A DNA stretch of 64,000 nt from Bacteriovoracaceae bacterium (GTDB lineage: Bacteria; Bdellovibrionota; Bacteriovoracia; Bacteriovoracales; Bacteriovoracaceae): NCBI GenBank assembly GCA_965217035.1, contig OZ244226.1:848146-912145 (forward strand). Direction: 5' to 3'. Made by a program: the position numbers and the translations under genes. Numbering within the stretch: the stretch's first letter is position 1; every line of letters starts with the position of its first letter. The notes below the pieces were generated by a model, which saw only the letters and a list, made by a program, of their open reading frames with translations, was not told the origin of the DNA and did not search any database. Shown piece by piece: positions 1 through 9,600 of the stretch.

Positions 1-207
1 TCTTAGGCTATCTACAATCCTTGAAAATGCTCTTGCGTTTCTTCCATTTTCATTTTGATCTCTCTTAAAACGATCAAGTTCTTCTACCACAATTAGTGGT
101 ATAAAGACTTTATTATCACCAAATTTAAAAATGGATTGAGGATCAAAAAGGAGCACATTGGTATCGAGAACAAAAATTTTATCCAAGTCATCTCCATTGA
201 CAGTCAT
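1..207 (-). CDS. PhoH-like ATPase with N-terminal PIN domain (YlaK/PhoH2 type), 5' fragment; gene runs off the left edge
   Basis: Not in the ORF track because it is open at the window edge. Manual translation from ATG at 207-205 gives MTVNGDDLDKIFVLDTNVLLFDPQSIFKFGDNKVFIPLIVVEELDRFKRDQNENGRNARAFSRIVDSLR. The pattern VLDTNVLL...IP..V.EELD is the PIN-domain acidic pattern that opens PhoH2/YlaK proteins. Confidence 0.55.
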   Translation of the reverse strand, partial: MTVNGDDLDKIFVLDTNVLLFDPQSIFKFGDNKVFIPLIVVEELDRFKRDQNENGRNARAFSRIVDSLR

Positions 208-238
208 GACAAAACAAATTCAATTTTAGATTAACGAA

Positions 239-1336
239 CTAGCCATCATATGAAAAGTCTAGAATGCTCACGAAAATAAGTGCTCGCTCAGAAGAGATTG
301 CAAAATCACCGCGGCCAGTATTTGACTTATACAGTCCAGCAAAGATAGAAGTCACCCAAAAATCCACCTCGAGCCCATAAGAAAAACCAGCATCGTTGTA
401 TCCCCAATGTATATCAATTGATGGAAGATCAACTTCAATGCCAAAACGCACTTGTTGCTCCCAACTATAACCTCTATTTATCGGACTTAAATCTGCAGTA
501 AAAACAACATCAAGAAGTGGCCCAAAGTCCATAGCATAACCTACCCCAACATTCACAGTCATGGGTTGATCAGACAAACCTGCATTAGGGTTAGAATCAT
601 CTTTAAACTTTGTTTCTACTGCATCAAGAATTGATAGACCTGCCATAAAAGTTCCATGATCTTGCTTGTGAATATAATCAATTCCAAGATCAAACCCCCA
701 AGATTTATCTTCTCCCATCCCTAAAGCCTCAGCAATAGTATCAAAATCATCACTGTCTTCAATCGCAGTAATAATTTCTGTATCAAGCAAAGAAAATTGA
801 TTAAAAATCCCTTCACGTTTAATATACTTTACGGAAGCTCCAATACTGAGTTGTCCTGTTTTCTCATCCCCCATCGGAACAGCAAAGCCAGTAACAAAAC
901 CTTTGTCATAACCATAATCAATTTCAAGAAATGGATGAACTTGATTATATACCAAGAAATTGGCTTGTGTATTATAAATTAAGCTAAAACCCCAAGTACC
1001 TACTTTCATGCCTGGAGCCGATCCAAATGAAACATGAACAGGATAATTCATAAAAGTACTTGCAACTCCTTCGGGTGTATCTGGCACATCATCAAAACGG
1101 TCCTGATCATCAAGATCAAAAGAGGCACCAAAACCAATATTAAGAGGATGAAAAGCGATGCCTTTATTTCTTCCCAAAAGTGCTGGATTATAAAATAAAG
1201 CATGATCGTCATCAGCTAAAGCAAGGTAGCTCCCTCCCATCAATAATGCCCTGGGACTTTCTTTCATATAAACTTCATAACCGAAAAGCTTGGATGTGAT
1301 AATTAATAAAAAAACTAAAAATAATCGCAACATCAT
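239..1336 (-). CDS. outer-membrane beta-barrel protein (PorV/PorQ- or TraF-like), secreted
   Basis: 365-aa ORF with signal peptide MMLRLFLVFLLIITSKLFG. ALLMGGSYLALADDDHALFYNPALL resembles the conserved first strand of PorV/TraF-type barrels. Gly/aromatic-rich alternating strands continue to the C-terminus. ATGA overlap with the upstream lipoprotein gene. Confidence 0.5.
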   Translation of the reverse strand: MMLRLFLVFLLIITSKLFGYEVYMKESPRALLMGGSYLALADDDHALFYNPALLGRNKGIAFHPLNIGFGASFDLDDQDRFDDVPDTPEGVASTFMNYPVHVSFGSAPGMKVGTWGFSLIYNTQANFLVYNQVHPFLEIDYGYDKGFVTGFAVPMGDEKTGQLSIGASVKYIKREGIFNQFSLLDTEIITAIEDSDDFDTIAEALGMGEDKSWGFDLGIDYIHKQDHGTFMAGLSILDAVETKFKDDSNPNAGLSDQPMTVNVGVGYAMDFGPLLDVVFTADLSPINRGYSWEQQVRFGIEVDLPSIDIHWGYNDAGFSYGLEVDFWVTSIFAGLYKSNTGRGDFAISSERALIFVSILDFSYDG

Positions 1337-2277
1337 AAGAAGTTTGTCTCCAAAAATGCAGCGAAATAAAGTTGCATTAAATCATAATTCGAACTTGAAG
1401 TAGCCCAATCAATACAATCCTGATATTTATAAAAATCAAAGATTGGTCCAATCCCTGGTGCTAATGCTAATGCAGCTATTATCTCTGCTTGAACATCGAC
1501 AGCAAGATCGTCTAGTTCTCCAAGTGAATCACTGGCAGATAAAGTTGTATTTAAAACAATATCTAAAAGGTGATTTTGATTAACAGCAAAGTGACAAAGT
1601 CTTCGACTTACATCGGTGAGATCTTCACCTCCAGGAATATCCAAGTCCGGATGCCCTACCGGAACATTTGTACAAGAACCAGTTCCATTGGCCGTAATAA
1701 CAGCAAGAGCATTTGCATCATCATAATTTAAAATACAATCATTGCTCTGAGTTCCTGCCCCTTTTGTCCCAGAAGAATCTGCATTACCAAAGTATTGTAC
1801 CCACTTTCCAGTATGAGCAAGAATCATTAAAAGTAATTGAATATTTAGTGAAGTCGTTGAAGTTGATCCAAAAAGAGCAAGCCTCTCGATACTTGTTCCT
1901 CCATTAGTTGTATCAATGATTGTTTCCATAGCAGTAACGAGAGCATTGTATTCTGTACTCTCTGTTGATGTTTCTACTGAAGTAGAAAAAGTTGCTAAAG
2001 AAGTATAAAGAGAAGAAGAATCAAGATTATCCACATCATTTGAAAGAAAATTAATTTCGGTAAAATCACTATTGCAAGCATAGGCAGAAGATAAAGTCGA
2101 AATATAAAATGGATCATTCGTGAGTGAAGTAGCCTCGTTAAGTTTTGATAATGCTGCAGAACATTCACCTTTTGAAAGATGGAAATTTGCCTCACGAACT
2201 TTTTCTAAATCTAGATCTTCATCACTAGCGCAAGAAAATAAAAAAACAAGACCGAGAAAAAAACTCAGTTTTTTCAT
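1333..2277 (-). CDS. lipoprotein, unknown function
   Basis: 314 aa. ATG start. Lipobox-like signal MKKLSFFLGLVFLFSC followed by ASDED. Ser/Thr/Asp-rich mature part with several Cys. Confidence 0.6.
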   Translation of the reverse strand: MKKLSFFLGLVFLFSCASDEDLDLEKVREANFHLSKGECSAALSKLNEATSLTNDPFYISTLSSAYACNSDFTEINFLSNDVDNLDSSSLYTSLATFSTSVETSTESTEYNALVTAMETIIDTTNGGTSIERLALFGSTSTTSLNIQLLLMILAHTGKWVQYFGNADSSGTKGAGTQSNDCILNYDDANALAVITANGTGSCTNVPVGHPDLDIPGGEDLTDVSRRLCHFAVNQNHLLDIVLNTTLSASDSLGELDDLAVDVQAEIIAALALAPGIGPIFDFYKYQDCIDWATSSSNYDLMQLYFAAFLETNFL

Positions 2278-2337
2278 AGCTACTACCTCTATATTAATTG
2301 TAGCTGGATTCGTTATTCTCTAATAGAGAGTAAGAAT

Positions 2338-3555
2338 TTACGTAGGGTTATTCAGGTACTCACAAAGCCTTGATAAAGCCTTATTAAATGGAATTCTTTC
2401 AAGAACGAGACTCAATCTTGCACTATTTTTCAAACCAAATGATGAACCAGGGACTAAGGCTACACTAGTTTTCTCAAGTATTAGTTCGCAAATCTCATTG
2501 GAAAAATCTCCTTCTTTTCCTTCAGAAACCTTGTTATAGAGCTCTGTTCTGGAAAAATCGAGCATAAAATAAAAAGCTGAGTTCGTTTGATACCAACAAT
2601 GACTGAGATTTGCTTTTCTAAATTCCTCTCTTAAGCCTGTTGAAAGTTCTCTTAAATTTTGTTTTATCTCTGAGTGAAAATCCTTAAGGTGATCAAAGTT
2701 AAAGTCAGCTACAGATCTTTGTATCAAGCTATTCGTTCCCGAAGTTGTTTGACTTTGAATCCGAGTCATCGCATCAACAACTTCTTTTTGTGCTAAACAA
2801 TAACCTAATCTTAAACCTGTTGCTGAGAAAGATTTTGAAATTCCATTTGTAATGATTGTTCGATTTAAAAGAGAAGGCTTTTTTTCATAAAAATAAGTTG
2901 GTCCAGGATCGTAATAATAAATATCATCATATATTTCATCTGAAACAATATAAATATCATCATATTTAGAAATCATTTCAGAAAAAATTTTCATCCAATC
3001 ATTATTATAAAAAATTCCACCAGGATTGTTAGGACTATTGATGATTATTGCTTTTGTGTTGTCTGTTATTGCTTCTTCAATCCTAGAAATGCTTGGAGAA
3101 AATGAATCATATAGATAAGTATCAACAATAACTGGTTTAGCTCCCCAAAACTGGATCATCTCTGGGTAGGAAACCCAATATGGACAAAGTAGAATCACTT
3201 CATCATCAGGATCGAGTATCGCACCAAGTGCATTATAGAGAGAATGTTTCGAACCATTTGATACAATCACTTCAAAACCTGAATCTTCAAAACTCAAATT
3301 TCTTTTATTAGAATAATGATCAATAATTTTTTTTCTTAGCTTTTGGTTTCCCTGAACTGAAGGGTATTGAAAACTTGCAAGATAGTTCATTTGACTAATC
3401 ATTGATTGAACAAAATCAGGAGTCGGTCGGAATCGAAGCTGTCCAGAGCAAAGATTGTAGACACTCTTTCCTTCGTTCACCATAGCTCTGAACTTCTCAT
3501 TCACTTCCATTGTAATACTTTTCTTGGCACCTAATGCCTTTTTACTTAGTTTCAT
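2338..3555 (-). CDS. PLP-dependent aminotransferase, class I/II (aspartate/aromatic aminotransferase-like)
   Basis: INSPNNPGG (the NPxNPTG-type motif) and the PLP-lysine motif SKSFSATGLRLGY. The track start at 3570 is TTG. The ATG at 3555 makes an ATGA overlap with the rsmD stop, so I use 3555. Confidence 0.85.
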   Translation of the reverse strand: MKLSKKALGAKKSITMEVNEKFRAMVNEGKSVYNLCSGQLRFRPTPDFVQSMISQMNYLASFQYPSVQGNQKLRKKIIDHYSNKRNLSFEDSGFEVIVSNGSKHSLYNALGAILDPDDEVILLCPYWVSYPEMIQFWGAKPVIVDTYLYDSFSPSISRIEEAITDNTKAIIINSPNNPGGIFYNNDWMKIFSEMISKYDDIYIVSDEIYDDIYYYDPGPTYFYEKKPSLLNRTIITNGISKSFSATGLRLGYCLAQKEVVDAMTRIQSQTTSGTNSLIQRSVADFNFDHLKDFHSEIKQNLRELSTGLREEFRKANLSHCWYQTNSAFYFMLDFSRTELYNKVSEGKEGDFSNEICELILEKTSVALVPGSSFGLKNSARLSLVLERIPFNKALSRLCEYLNNPT

Positions 3556-4124
3556 AATTTTTCTACACAAAGAATATAATGAGTTCCTTGTTCGTAAATT
3601 TTATATGTTTCACCTTTTTTTAAGTTTAATTTTTCTAAGATATCATTCGCTTCAGGACCTTTAGAACGATCTCCTTCAATCCAATAAAGATCAGGTTTAT
3701 CCCCTAGTTTTTTAAAAGATTTAAAATATAAATCTTCCATTGCGTAGGGTGGATCTATAAAGTAGATTGCATTCTCTTCAAACATCGGAAAATCCGATTT
3801 AATAAAGTCTTCATTGTTAATTTTCATCCGATAATCCAGTTGAACTTTAAATTTTTCATTAAAAAGATCGGTATTTTCTTTAAGTAACTGAAAATGTTTG
3901 GAGGATTTCTCAAAAAATATTCCTGATTCTGCACCTCTTGAGAGGGCCTCTAGTCCAATGGCCCCAGATCCAGCGAAACAATCAAAAAAATGATATCCAG
4001 AAAGATTCTGATAGCGATCAAAAACCTTCCTCTTCAGAGTTGATAAAGTTGGTCTAAAAGAATGGTTTTTAGGTACTTTTACAGAGAATCCCTTGGCATG
4101 ACCGCCAAGTATTTTGATAGACAT
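3552..4124 (-). CDS. rsmD: 16S rRNA (guanine966-N2)-methyltransferase RsmD
   Basis: 190 aa. RPTLSTLKRKVFDRY, SAM motif FDCFAGSGAIGLEALSRGA, and catalytic DPPY (FIDPPYAM). Confidence 0.8.
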   Translation of the reverse strand: MSIKILGGHAKGFSVKVPKNHSFRPTLSTLKRKVFDRYQNLSGYHFFDCFAGSGAIGLEALSRGAESGIFFEKSSKHFQLLKENTDLFNEKFKVQLDYRMKINNEDFIKSDFPMFEENAIYFIDPPYAMEDLYFKSFKKLGDKPDLYWIEGDRSKGPEANDILEKLNLKKGETYKIYEQGTHYILCVEKL

Positions 4125-4136
4125 GGTATATCCGGA

Positions 4137-4502
4137 TTATGCAACCTTAGATCTAGCGAAAGGAACGTTAAGCTTAACTCCACCTTCCATTTCAACAACA
4201 AGTTCTTCGGAATCAGAATCCACGTAAACACTTAAAGTCTTACCATCGATAATAAAGCCTAAGTTGAATTTCATATCACCTTGTACATCAAAACTAATAC
4301 CCGTCTCACCTTTTTTCTTAGTTGGTAATTTTGTCACTTTCTCAGCCTCCGCTTCTTCTGCTTCAGTTTTATCTGCAGACTCAACGGAAACAACCCCTGA
4401 AAGATCCTCATCTTCTACAAGTTCACTTTCCAAAGATTCAATTTCACTCATGATGTCAGCAAGCTCTTCATCATTAAAACTTTTCTCATTGTTGTCTGCC
4501 AT
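4137..4502 (-). CDS. small acidic protein, unknown function
   Basis: 121 aa. ATG start. The N-terminal half is extremely Glu/Asp-rich (EELADIMSEIESLESELVEDEDL...AEEAEAEK). The C-terminal half looks beta-rich. It lies in the same-strand gene chain. Confidence 0.5.
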   Translation of the reverse strand: MADNNEKSFNDEELADIMSEIESLESELVEDEDLSGVVSVESADKTEAEEAEAEKVTKLPTKKKGETGISFDVQGDMKFNLGFIIDGKTLSVYVDSDSEELVVEMEGGVKLNVPFARSKVA

Positions 4503-4593
4503 AAACTACCTTCTTGTTGGCTTCATAACTATTTTCATTTGTTCTATCGGTGAGTTAAATAAAAATATTAAATAAAAAAGAGGATCCCCGAGT

Positions 4594-5028
4594 TTAAAGG
4601 TCAAGATGAAAGGTCACTGGGCCATCGTTTACTAAATGAATCATCATATCTGCACCAAATTCGCCTTTAAATGTAGGAATTTTTTCATTGAGTTTTCTAG
4701 TCATGATTTCAAACTTTAAATTTGCTTCTCGAGCCGCCATAGATCTATCAAAGCTTGGTCTATGACCTTTCTTGCCATCCCAGCTTAGGGTAAATTGACT
4801 TATATTTAGAATTTCTCCTCCAATTTGCTCAATATTCAAATTCATTTTATTATTTTCATCTTCAAAAATTCTTAAATTAAAAATTTTATCGCAGGCACGT
4901 TCGATAGATTCATTGTCGTCACCTTTTTCAAAACAAGTCAAAAGCAAATATCCTTTCGCTATTTTTGCAATTTCATTTCCATCAACAATGCATTTTGCTT
5001 CTGATACTCTTTGTAAAACGACCTTCAT
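4594..5028 (-). CDS. dtd: D-aminoacyl-tRNA deacylase
   Basis: 144 aa. MKVVLQRVSEAKCIVDG...GYLLLTCFEKGD...ISQFTL...GKKGHRPSF...VNDGPVTF is the typical Dtd layout. TAATG overlap with the upstream gene. Confidence 0.9.
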   Translation of the reverse strand: MKVVLQRVSEAKCIVDGNEIAKIAKGYLLLTCFEKGDDNESIERACDKIFNLRIFEDENNKMNLNIEQIGGEILNISQFTLSWDGKKGHRPSFDRSMAAREANLKFEIMTRKLNEKIPTFKGEFGADMMIHLVNDGPVTFHLDL

Positions 5029-6632
5029 TAAAAAAACCTCTTCCTTCTCATCTTATAAAGATTATCTTTTAAAATATTTTCTTCTGTAAAATCAATAAAA
5101 CTTTTGTAGTTCAAACTGTCCTTCACATTTAAAAAGAAAGGATATTCCTCATCCTTTTTTTCAGAACTACTATTATAAAGGACCTCTCCGAAAATTTCCC
5201 CAATAAGAGTTGAAACCTCAACAAGCTCAATGATACTAAGTTTTTTTATTTTATCTTTATATGACTTAATATCTTTCATGAAATCAAGTGTTGCTTTTAA
5301 AACTGTCCTATTCTTTTCATTAGTCCTCAACTTTAACTCAATATCAAGATACATATCACATTTTAAAAATGGATTTAAAGATTTTGCAGAGAGATAAGAA
5401 TATAAGCTATCAAAAAGAAGAAAAACAAAAAAATCTTCTAAGGACAGCTGATCAATATCAATTTGAGCATCACTTAAAAATAAATCGAGAAGAAAACTGC
5501 CCCCTAGCTTAGAAAGCCTATTAATTGAATAATTAGAACAAAATAAACTATTTGTACCAATAATATGAAACGATTTGTTATATTTTAACTTATAATCATA
5601 AACCTCTTTTAATCTTTTGCTTTTAAGACTCTTTATCTTTTCTTGGATTAAATTTATTTTCTGGTGATCATAAACATTAAAGTCCTCTAAGGAGTCTCCT
5701 GGGTGAAACTTCAAGATGTCAACAAGCTGTTTAACTATCAAATCAAAATTATCATAAGTATTCTCTGTAAAAAGTTTTAATCCCTTCTCTATAATATATT
5801 CATGAATATCAAAATCAGGATCTCCCAAAAGGTTTTCATACCAATAACACATGCTTTCATATTTCATCCATGGAGGAGATGAGAAAAGACAAAACTCAAA
5901 ATTATTAAATTTAATAATTTTGTTTTCTTCAATTGATTGATCATGATCAACAATTCTCCAATAGGGCTCATCTAAATTTTGATGAATAATAGTTTGCCGT
6001 ATTTTTATTCCTTGAGACAATTCCTTCACTCTCCTTGGCAATTTATTCGCATTAATATGAAGCTCCCCAAAAAGCACGAGGACAGGAATAGAAGAATTTA
6101 GCTCAATAAAATGATTAATCCTTTCTGCTGCTCTTTTATCTCTTTGTTCAAGAGTCCCTTTTGAGTTTAAAGCGATTATAGGGATTTCATTTTCTCGAGC
6201 ATAATTAAAGAGAATCTTATAATGACTCCATGGAAATCGCCATGACTCAGAATAATTAATTGATTCTAAAAACTCGAGCTCTGTTAAAAAACCTTTTAAA
6301 AAGGCATCAAGATATTCTTGATGTTCTTCATGAACCATTTCAAGGCCAATAATAAATTTAGATTTATTCTTTAAGAATGTTTTAATGATCCTTACAAGAT
6401 TTCTTGAATTTTGATCATGTGTGTGAAAATCCCCAAGGTAGGAAACATGAGAATTATGAATTGATTGAATCAATTCATTCATATTGCTTTTTTGAAACTC
6501 TCTTTGAGAATAATAAATTTGATTTTTTCGATAGCTTCCAAGCTGATTACTGATCTCAGCTTCATAGCCCATTGCTTTCGACTTCATATAGTCAAATAGT
6601 GCCTTATAAGAATCTCGCTTAGAAACGTCCAT
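5028..6632 (-). CDS. ChaN/Tiki-superfamily (Cofac_haem_bdg-like) domain protein with long C-terminal extension
   Basis: 534 aa with no signal peptide. The N-terminal ~220 aa follow the ChaN pattern: SYLGDFHTHDQNSRNLVRII...IGLEMVHEEHQEYLDAFLKG...ESWRFPWSHYKILFNYARENEIPIIALN...VLFGELH. The C-terminal ~300 aa are unrecognised. Confidence 0.5.
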   Translation of the reverse strand: MDVSKRDSYKALFDYMKSKAMGYEAEISNQLGSYRKNQIYYSQREFQKSNMNELIQSIHNSHVSYLGDFHTHDQNSRNLVRIIKTFLKNKSKFIIGLEMVHEEHQEYLDAFLKGFLTELEFLESINYSESWRFPWSHYKILFNYARENEIPIIALNSKGTLEQRDKRAAERINHFIELNSSIPVLVLFGELHINANKLPRRVKELSQGIKIRQTIIHQNLDEPYWRIVDHDQSIEENKIIKFNNFEFCLFSSPPWMKYESMCYWYENLLGDPDFDIHEYIIEKGLKLFTENTYDNFDLIVKQLVDILKFHPGDSLEDFNVYDHQKINLIQEKIKSLKSKRLKEVYDYKLKYNKSFHIIGTNSLFCSNYSINRLSKLGGSFLLDLFLSDAQIDIDQLSLEDFFVFLLFDSLYSYLSAKSLNPFLKCDMYLDIELKLRTNEKNRTVLKATLDFMKDIKSYKDKIKKLSIIELVEVSTLIGEIFGEVLYNSSSEKKDEEYPFFLNVKDSLNYKSFIDFTEENILKDNLYKMRRKRFF

Positions 6633-6652
6633 CTCTTAAATTTTATTATAAT

Positions 6653-9520
6653 TTATGACTTTTTAGAAACTAATGAATTTCTAAAGATCTCATTAAGAAG
6701 TTGATCAGAAATGCTATAAAGATCATTGAGTGCAGAAGACTTATCTTTATGATTTTTAATAATATCCGTAATCATTGCATCTCTCGGTATTTTAAGATTT
6801 TTTAGAATATCGATTATTGGATACCCCGTCATCTGCCCAAGAAGATAAGAAAGAAAGGCCCCAAGACTTTGAGAACAATGGACAGAAAGAATCAACTTTT
6901 CTTCACTAAAGAAGTCTATAATACAACCATCAATCTCTTCTCTCATAATCGACTTTGATAACGTTCGTGGAAGTTCTCTATGCTCTCCATGGAATTCGAG
7001 GAAAAGATCTTTATTATTAGGATAAAAAGGAACGAGGTCACAATTAACAAGTTGAGAACGCAAGTCTTCAGAGTTGAAATCAAAATTTTTAATATTTTTT
7101 CCACCGTTCGAATAAGCAAGATTAGAAACGACTGATTTAAAATTTGTTAAATAAGCAATCAAGTCATAAGGATATTTTTCTGCTAATGAAGAAATAAGAG
7201 TGCGAGAATCTGAAATTTTATGCTTCATTTCATCCAAGTTTATTTCTTGCAGTTTATCTTCGTTCACTAATAAGAAATCAAAACAATCTTTCAGATGAGC
7301 AGGCAACTCTGTATGGATTGCTAACATTTTTGGGACAAGCAGAGTTGATATCTTAGATTTTACCTGGTGATAGGAACCTGAAACGGACATTTGAGTGAGC
7401 TGCTTCCCTATCTCTGACTTAAAGTATTCTCTAAAAATATTTGAATTCATCGTTCGGGACTTTGGAACGACTCTGTAATAATAACAAGAGCTCATTCCAT
7501 ATTGAAAGACTTTTCCTGATAATAAATCAAATGAACAGAGTTCGAGCTTTGCATTGTTAATATCGCTAAAGTTCACAACAAGGACTAATTGATCACTTCC
7601 AAATTGATTAATACTCTCAAAATCAGAACTGAAATCAAGTTGATTACTAGAGAAGTCATTTCCATGAAGGAGTTTCTCTACATCTACTGTATGAATTTCG
7701 AAGAAATAACTAAGAGGCATACAATTTTGTAGCATTTGTTTGAAAAAACGAGGATGAGTAATCTGCCCAGAGTCATCTGAAGCGGAATGAATAAACTTTC
7801 CGTCTATAATAGCATCTTGAAAGAATTCTAATTGGTAATCTTTTCCGAAATCTTTACTGAAAAATGATGGAGTTTCGATAAGGTGGTTTTCAAAGAACTT
7901 ATTCAGTTCGTCTGTAATTAAGGCAAAATCTTTATGACAATCAAGTTTTCCTGTAAGTCTAAAATTATAACAGGTCTCTTTTTTTGATATTTTGCTCTCC
8001 CCTCTATTAATTACTTTTGGCTTCTTAGAAAAAAGATAAATATAAGGAGGTAATTCCCCTCTAGAACAAACGTCTTGGAGCTGAATGACTGATTCTAGTG
8101 ACAGCTTCTTTAAAAGACTTTGAACACGACTCTTTTGGCTGTGAACAAAAAGATTTGTGGAACTCAGTATGACCATATAACCGTTTTCTTTAAGGAAAGG
8201 AATATGATCTTGAATCTTAGTTATTAATGCGTGATGAGCATTCTTTCGAGGAGTGTTAAGCTGACTAACAACAAGTCGATCATAAGTGAGAGAATTGTCA
8301 TTCATCCCTTCAAGAATAAAATTCTTTTGGAGTTGAATATCTTCTCTTCTGTTTGAATTAAACTCTTTTGAACATTTGCTAATAAACTCAAGGGGAGACT
8401 CTGAATAAAACGAAGAAATTTTAACTAAGAATGTATAATATTCGATCTCATTAATATAATTAACAAGCACCGATTTATAACGATCTTCACTTTCAAACTC
8501 AGGACAGATGAGTTCATTCCATTTAAAATAACTATTATTATGCTGAGCCAGCCAATGAGCACAAGAATGATCGATAACATAGTCGCCACTAAATCGACAA
8601 CTCACAACCTTTAGAGCAGGATTATCAGCGTTATAGAAATCATACTTCACTTTATTTCTTTCAAGCCATTGAAAAAAGTTTAGGATTAGGCAGTTTAAAA
8701 AGAGTCCCGTGTTTTTATGCGAAACCGCATGAGACTTAAGACTTACCCCTGAAACATAACCATTAAAAGTTGCGAGGATATCGACATAGCTTAACTCATC
8801 ACAGTTTTCGAAGAAGTCGTTAATTGGACTAAGGCATTTCATACTAGGTGTATACCAACTGTACTGATTAGAATGAAGAAAAGAACTATCAAATTCTCTA
8901 GAACTATTCCTTTTAAAATATCTCAAAAAAAGTGAATGAAGTGAAAGAAGTTCTTTTGGAAGAAATTTTTCTCTATCGTAAACAGACAAAACTCTGAAGA
9001 AACGAACTTTTAAAAGATAAATGAGCGCAATTTTATAGGTAAGTTCTTCTGTAAATTTAAGCAAGTGATCAGCATAAACAGAACCTTCAGAGTGCAATTC
9101 GCTCCAAAAATTATCAACAGACTCGATATGAGCATTAATATTTTTATTGGAAGCATAAGCAATAAACTCATCAAAGAGCTGAGTTTTTATCTTGTTAGGA
9201 AAATGCTTATTACTGAGAACTTGCTCCGAAATATCTTTTGAAAGAACATGAAGAGTTTGGTTTAGAACATAAGAAGATTTTGGAGCTAAGTTTTCTGATA
9301 ACCATTCAAGATCGAGAAACTCATTGGGTCTAAAAGAAAGTTCTTCTTCGGCAGCAAAACCTCTTGGAGTAAAACTTGGAAGGCCACCTAAGTCTTTATG
9401 CGTGAGTGATACCTCTTCAGTTGTTGCATGAGAAACAACGGGAGGTTTCTCCTTCAACCACTCACTCGCCATAAAACTCCGTTTTTTCAACAAACCCCTC
9501 CAAGGCCCAATAAAATTCAT
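6653..9520 (-). CDS. large (955 aa) hypothetical protein; possible catalytically degenerate Eco57I/PglX-type N6-adenine methyltransferase fold
   Basis: Long uninterrupted ORF with ATG start. Segment order resembles type IIG/BREX methyltransferases: LKVVSCRFSGDYV (where xLDPACGSGxF would sit), YDRLVVSQLNTPRKN (where FDxVIGNPPY would sit), then FLKENGYMVILSSTNLFVHSQKSRVQSLLKK...VIQL (like LLKxGGxLxFIxPxxFLxxxxGxxLRxxL). Motifs I and IV are not canonical. Confidence 0.45.
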   Translation of the reverse strand: MNFIGPWRGLLKKRSFMASEWLKEKPPVVSHATTEEVSLTHKDLGGLPSFTPRGFAAEEELSFRPNEFLDLEWLSENLAPKSSYVLNQTLHVLSKDISEQVLSNKHFPNKIKTQLFDEFIAYASNKNINAHIESVDNFWSELHSEGSVYADHLLKFTEELTYKIALIYLLKVRFFRVLSVYDREKFLPKELLSLHSLFLRYFKRNSSREFDSSFLHSNQYSWYTPSMKCLSPINDFFENCDELSYVDILATFNGYVSGVSLKSHAVSHKNTGLFLNCLILNFFQWLERNKVKYDFYNADNPALKVVSCRFSGDYVIDHSCAHWLAQHNNSYFKWNELICPEFESEDRYKSVLVNYINEIEYYTFLVKISSFYSESPLEFISKCSKEFNSNRREDIQLQKNFILEGMNDNSLTYDRLVVSQLNTPRKNAHHALITKIQDHIPFLKENGYMVILSSTNLFVHSQKSRVQSLLKKLSLESVIQLQDVCSRGELPPYIYLFSKKPKVINRGESKISKKETCYNFRLTGKLDCHKDFALITDELNKFFENHLIETPSFFSKDFGKDYQLEFFQDAIIDGKFIHSASDDSGQITHPRFFKQMLQNCMPLSYFFEIHTVDVEKLLHGNDFSSNQLDFSSDFESINQFGSDQLVLVVNFSDINNAKLELCSFDLLSGKVFQYGMSSCYYYRVVPKSRTMNSNIFREYFKSEIGKQLTQMSVSGSYHQVKSKISTLLVPKMLAIHTELPAHLKDCFDFLLVNEDKLQEINLDEMKHKISDSRTLISSLAEKYPYDLIAYLTNFKSVVSNLAYSNGGKNIKNFDFNSEDLRSQLVNCDLVPFYPNNKDLFLEFHGEHRELPRTLSKSIMREEIDGCIIDFFSEEKLILSVHCSQSLGAFLSYLLGQMTGYPIIDILKNLKIPRDAMITDIIKNHKDKSSALNDLYSISDQLLNEIFRNSLVSKKS

Positions 9521-9600
9521 ATAAAATAAAAGATTTCGGTTCCAATTTTTTATAAGAATACTCAGGTATTGTCATCGGAAAATCGATGCGTCATATGAGA

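Noticed and set aside
797-2323. Track ORFs 797..982(+), 1713..1907(+), 1995..2195(-) and 2120..2323(+), nested in or antisense to the two long minus-strand genes
   Set aside because: They are short and have low-complexity or odd composition. They have no SD and lie fully inside much longer ORFs with signal peptides and family motifs. They are typical shadow ORFs of AT-rich DNA.
3556-3570. N-terminal extensions in the ORF track produced by TTG/GTG translated as M. Examples are 3556-3570, 14918-14932, 16000-16041, 17306-17350, 28148-28219, 29144-29194, 37721-37804 and 44166-44207.
   Set aside because: In each case a downstream ATG gives an ATGA stop-start overlap, a correctly spaced GGAG, or a proper signal peptide or family N-terminus. 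The extensions would overlap neighbouring genes.
4264-4575. 103-aa Ser-rich ORF antisense to the acidic protein gene
   Set aside because: Its Ser/Leu-rich sequence is the mirror image of the GAA/GAT/GAG-rich sense codons. The sense ORF fits the operon spacing (12 nt to rsmD).
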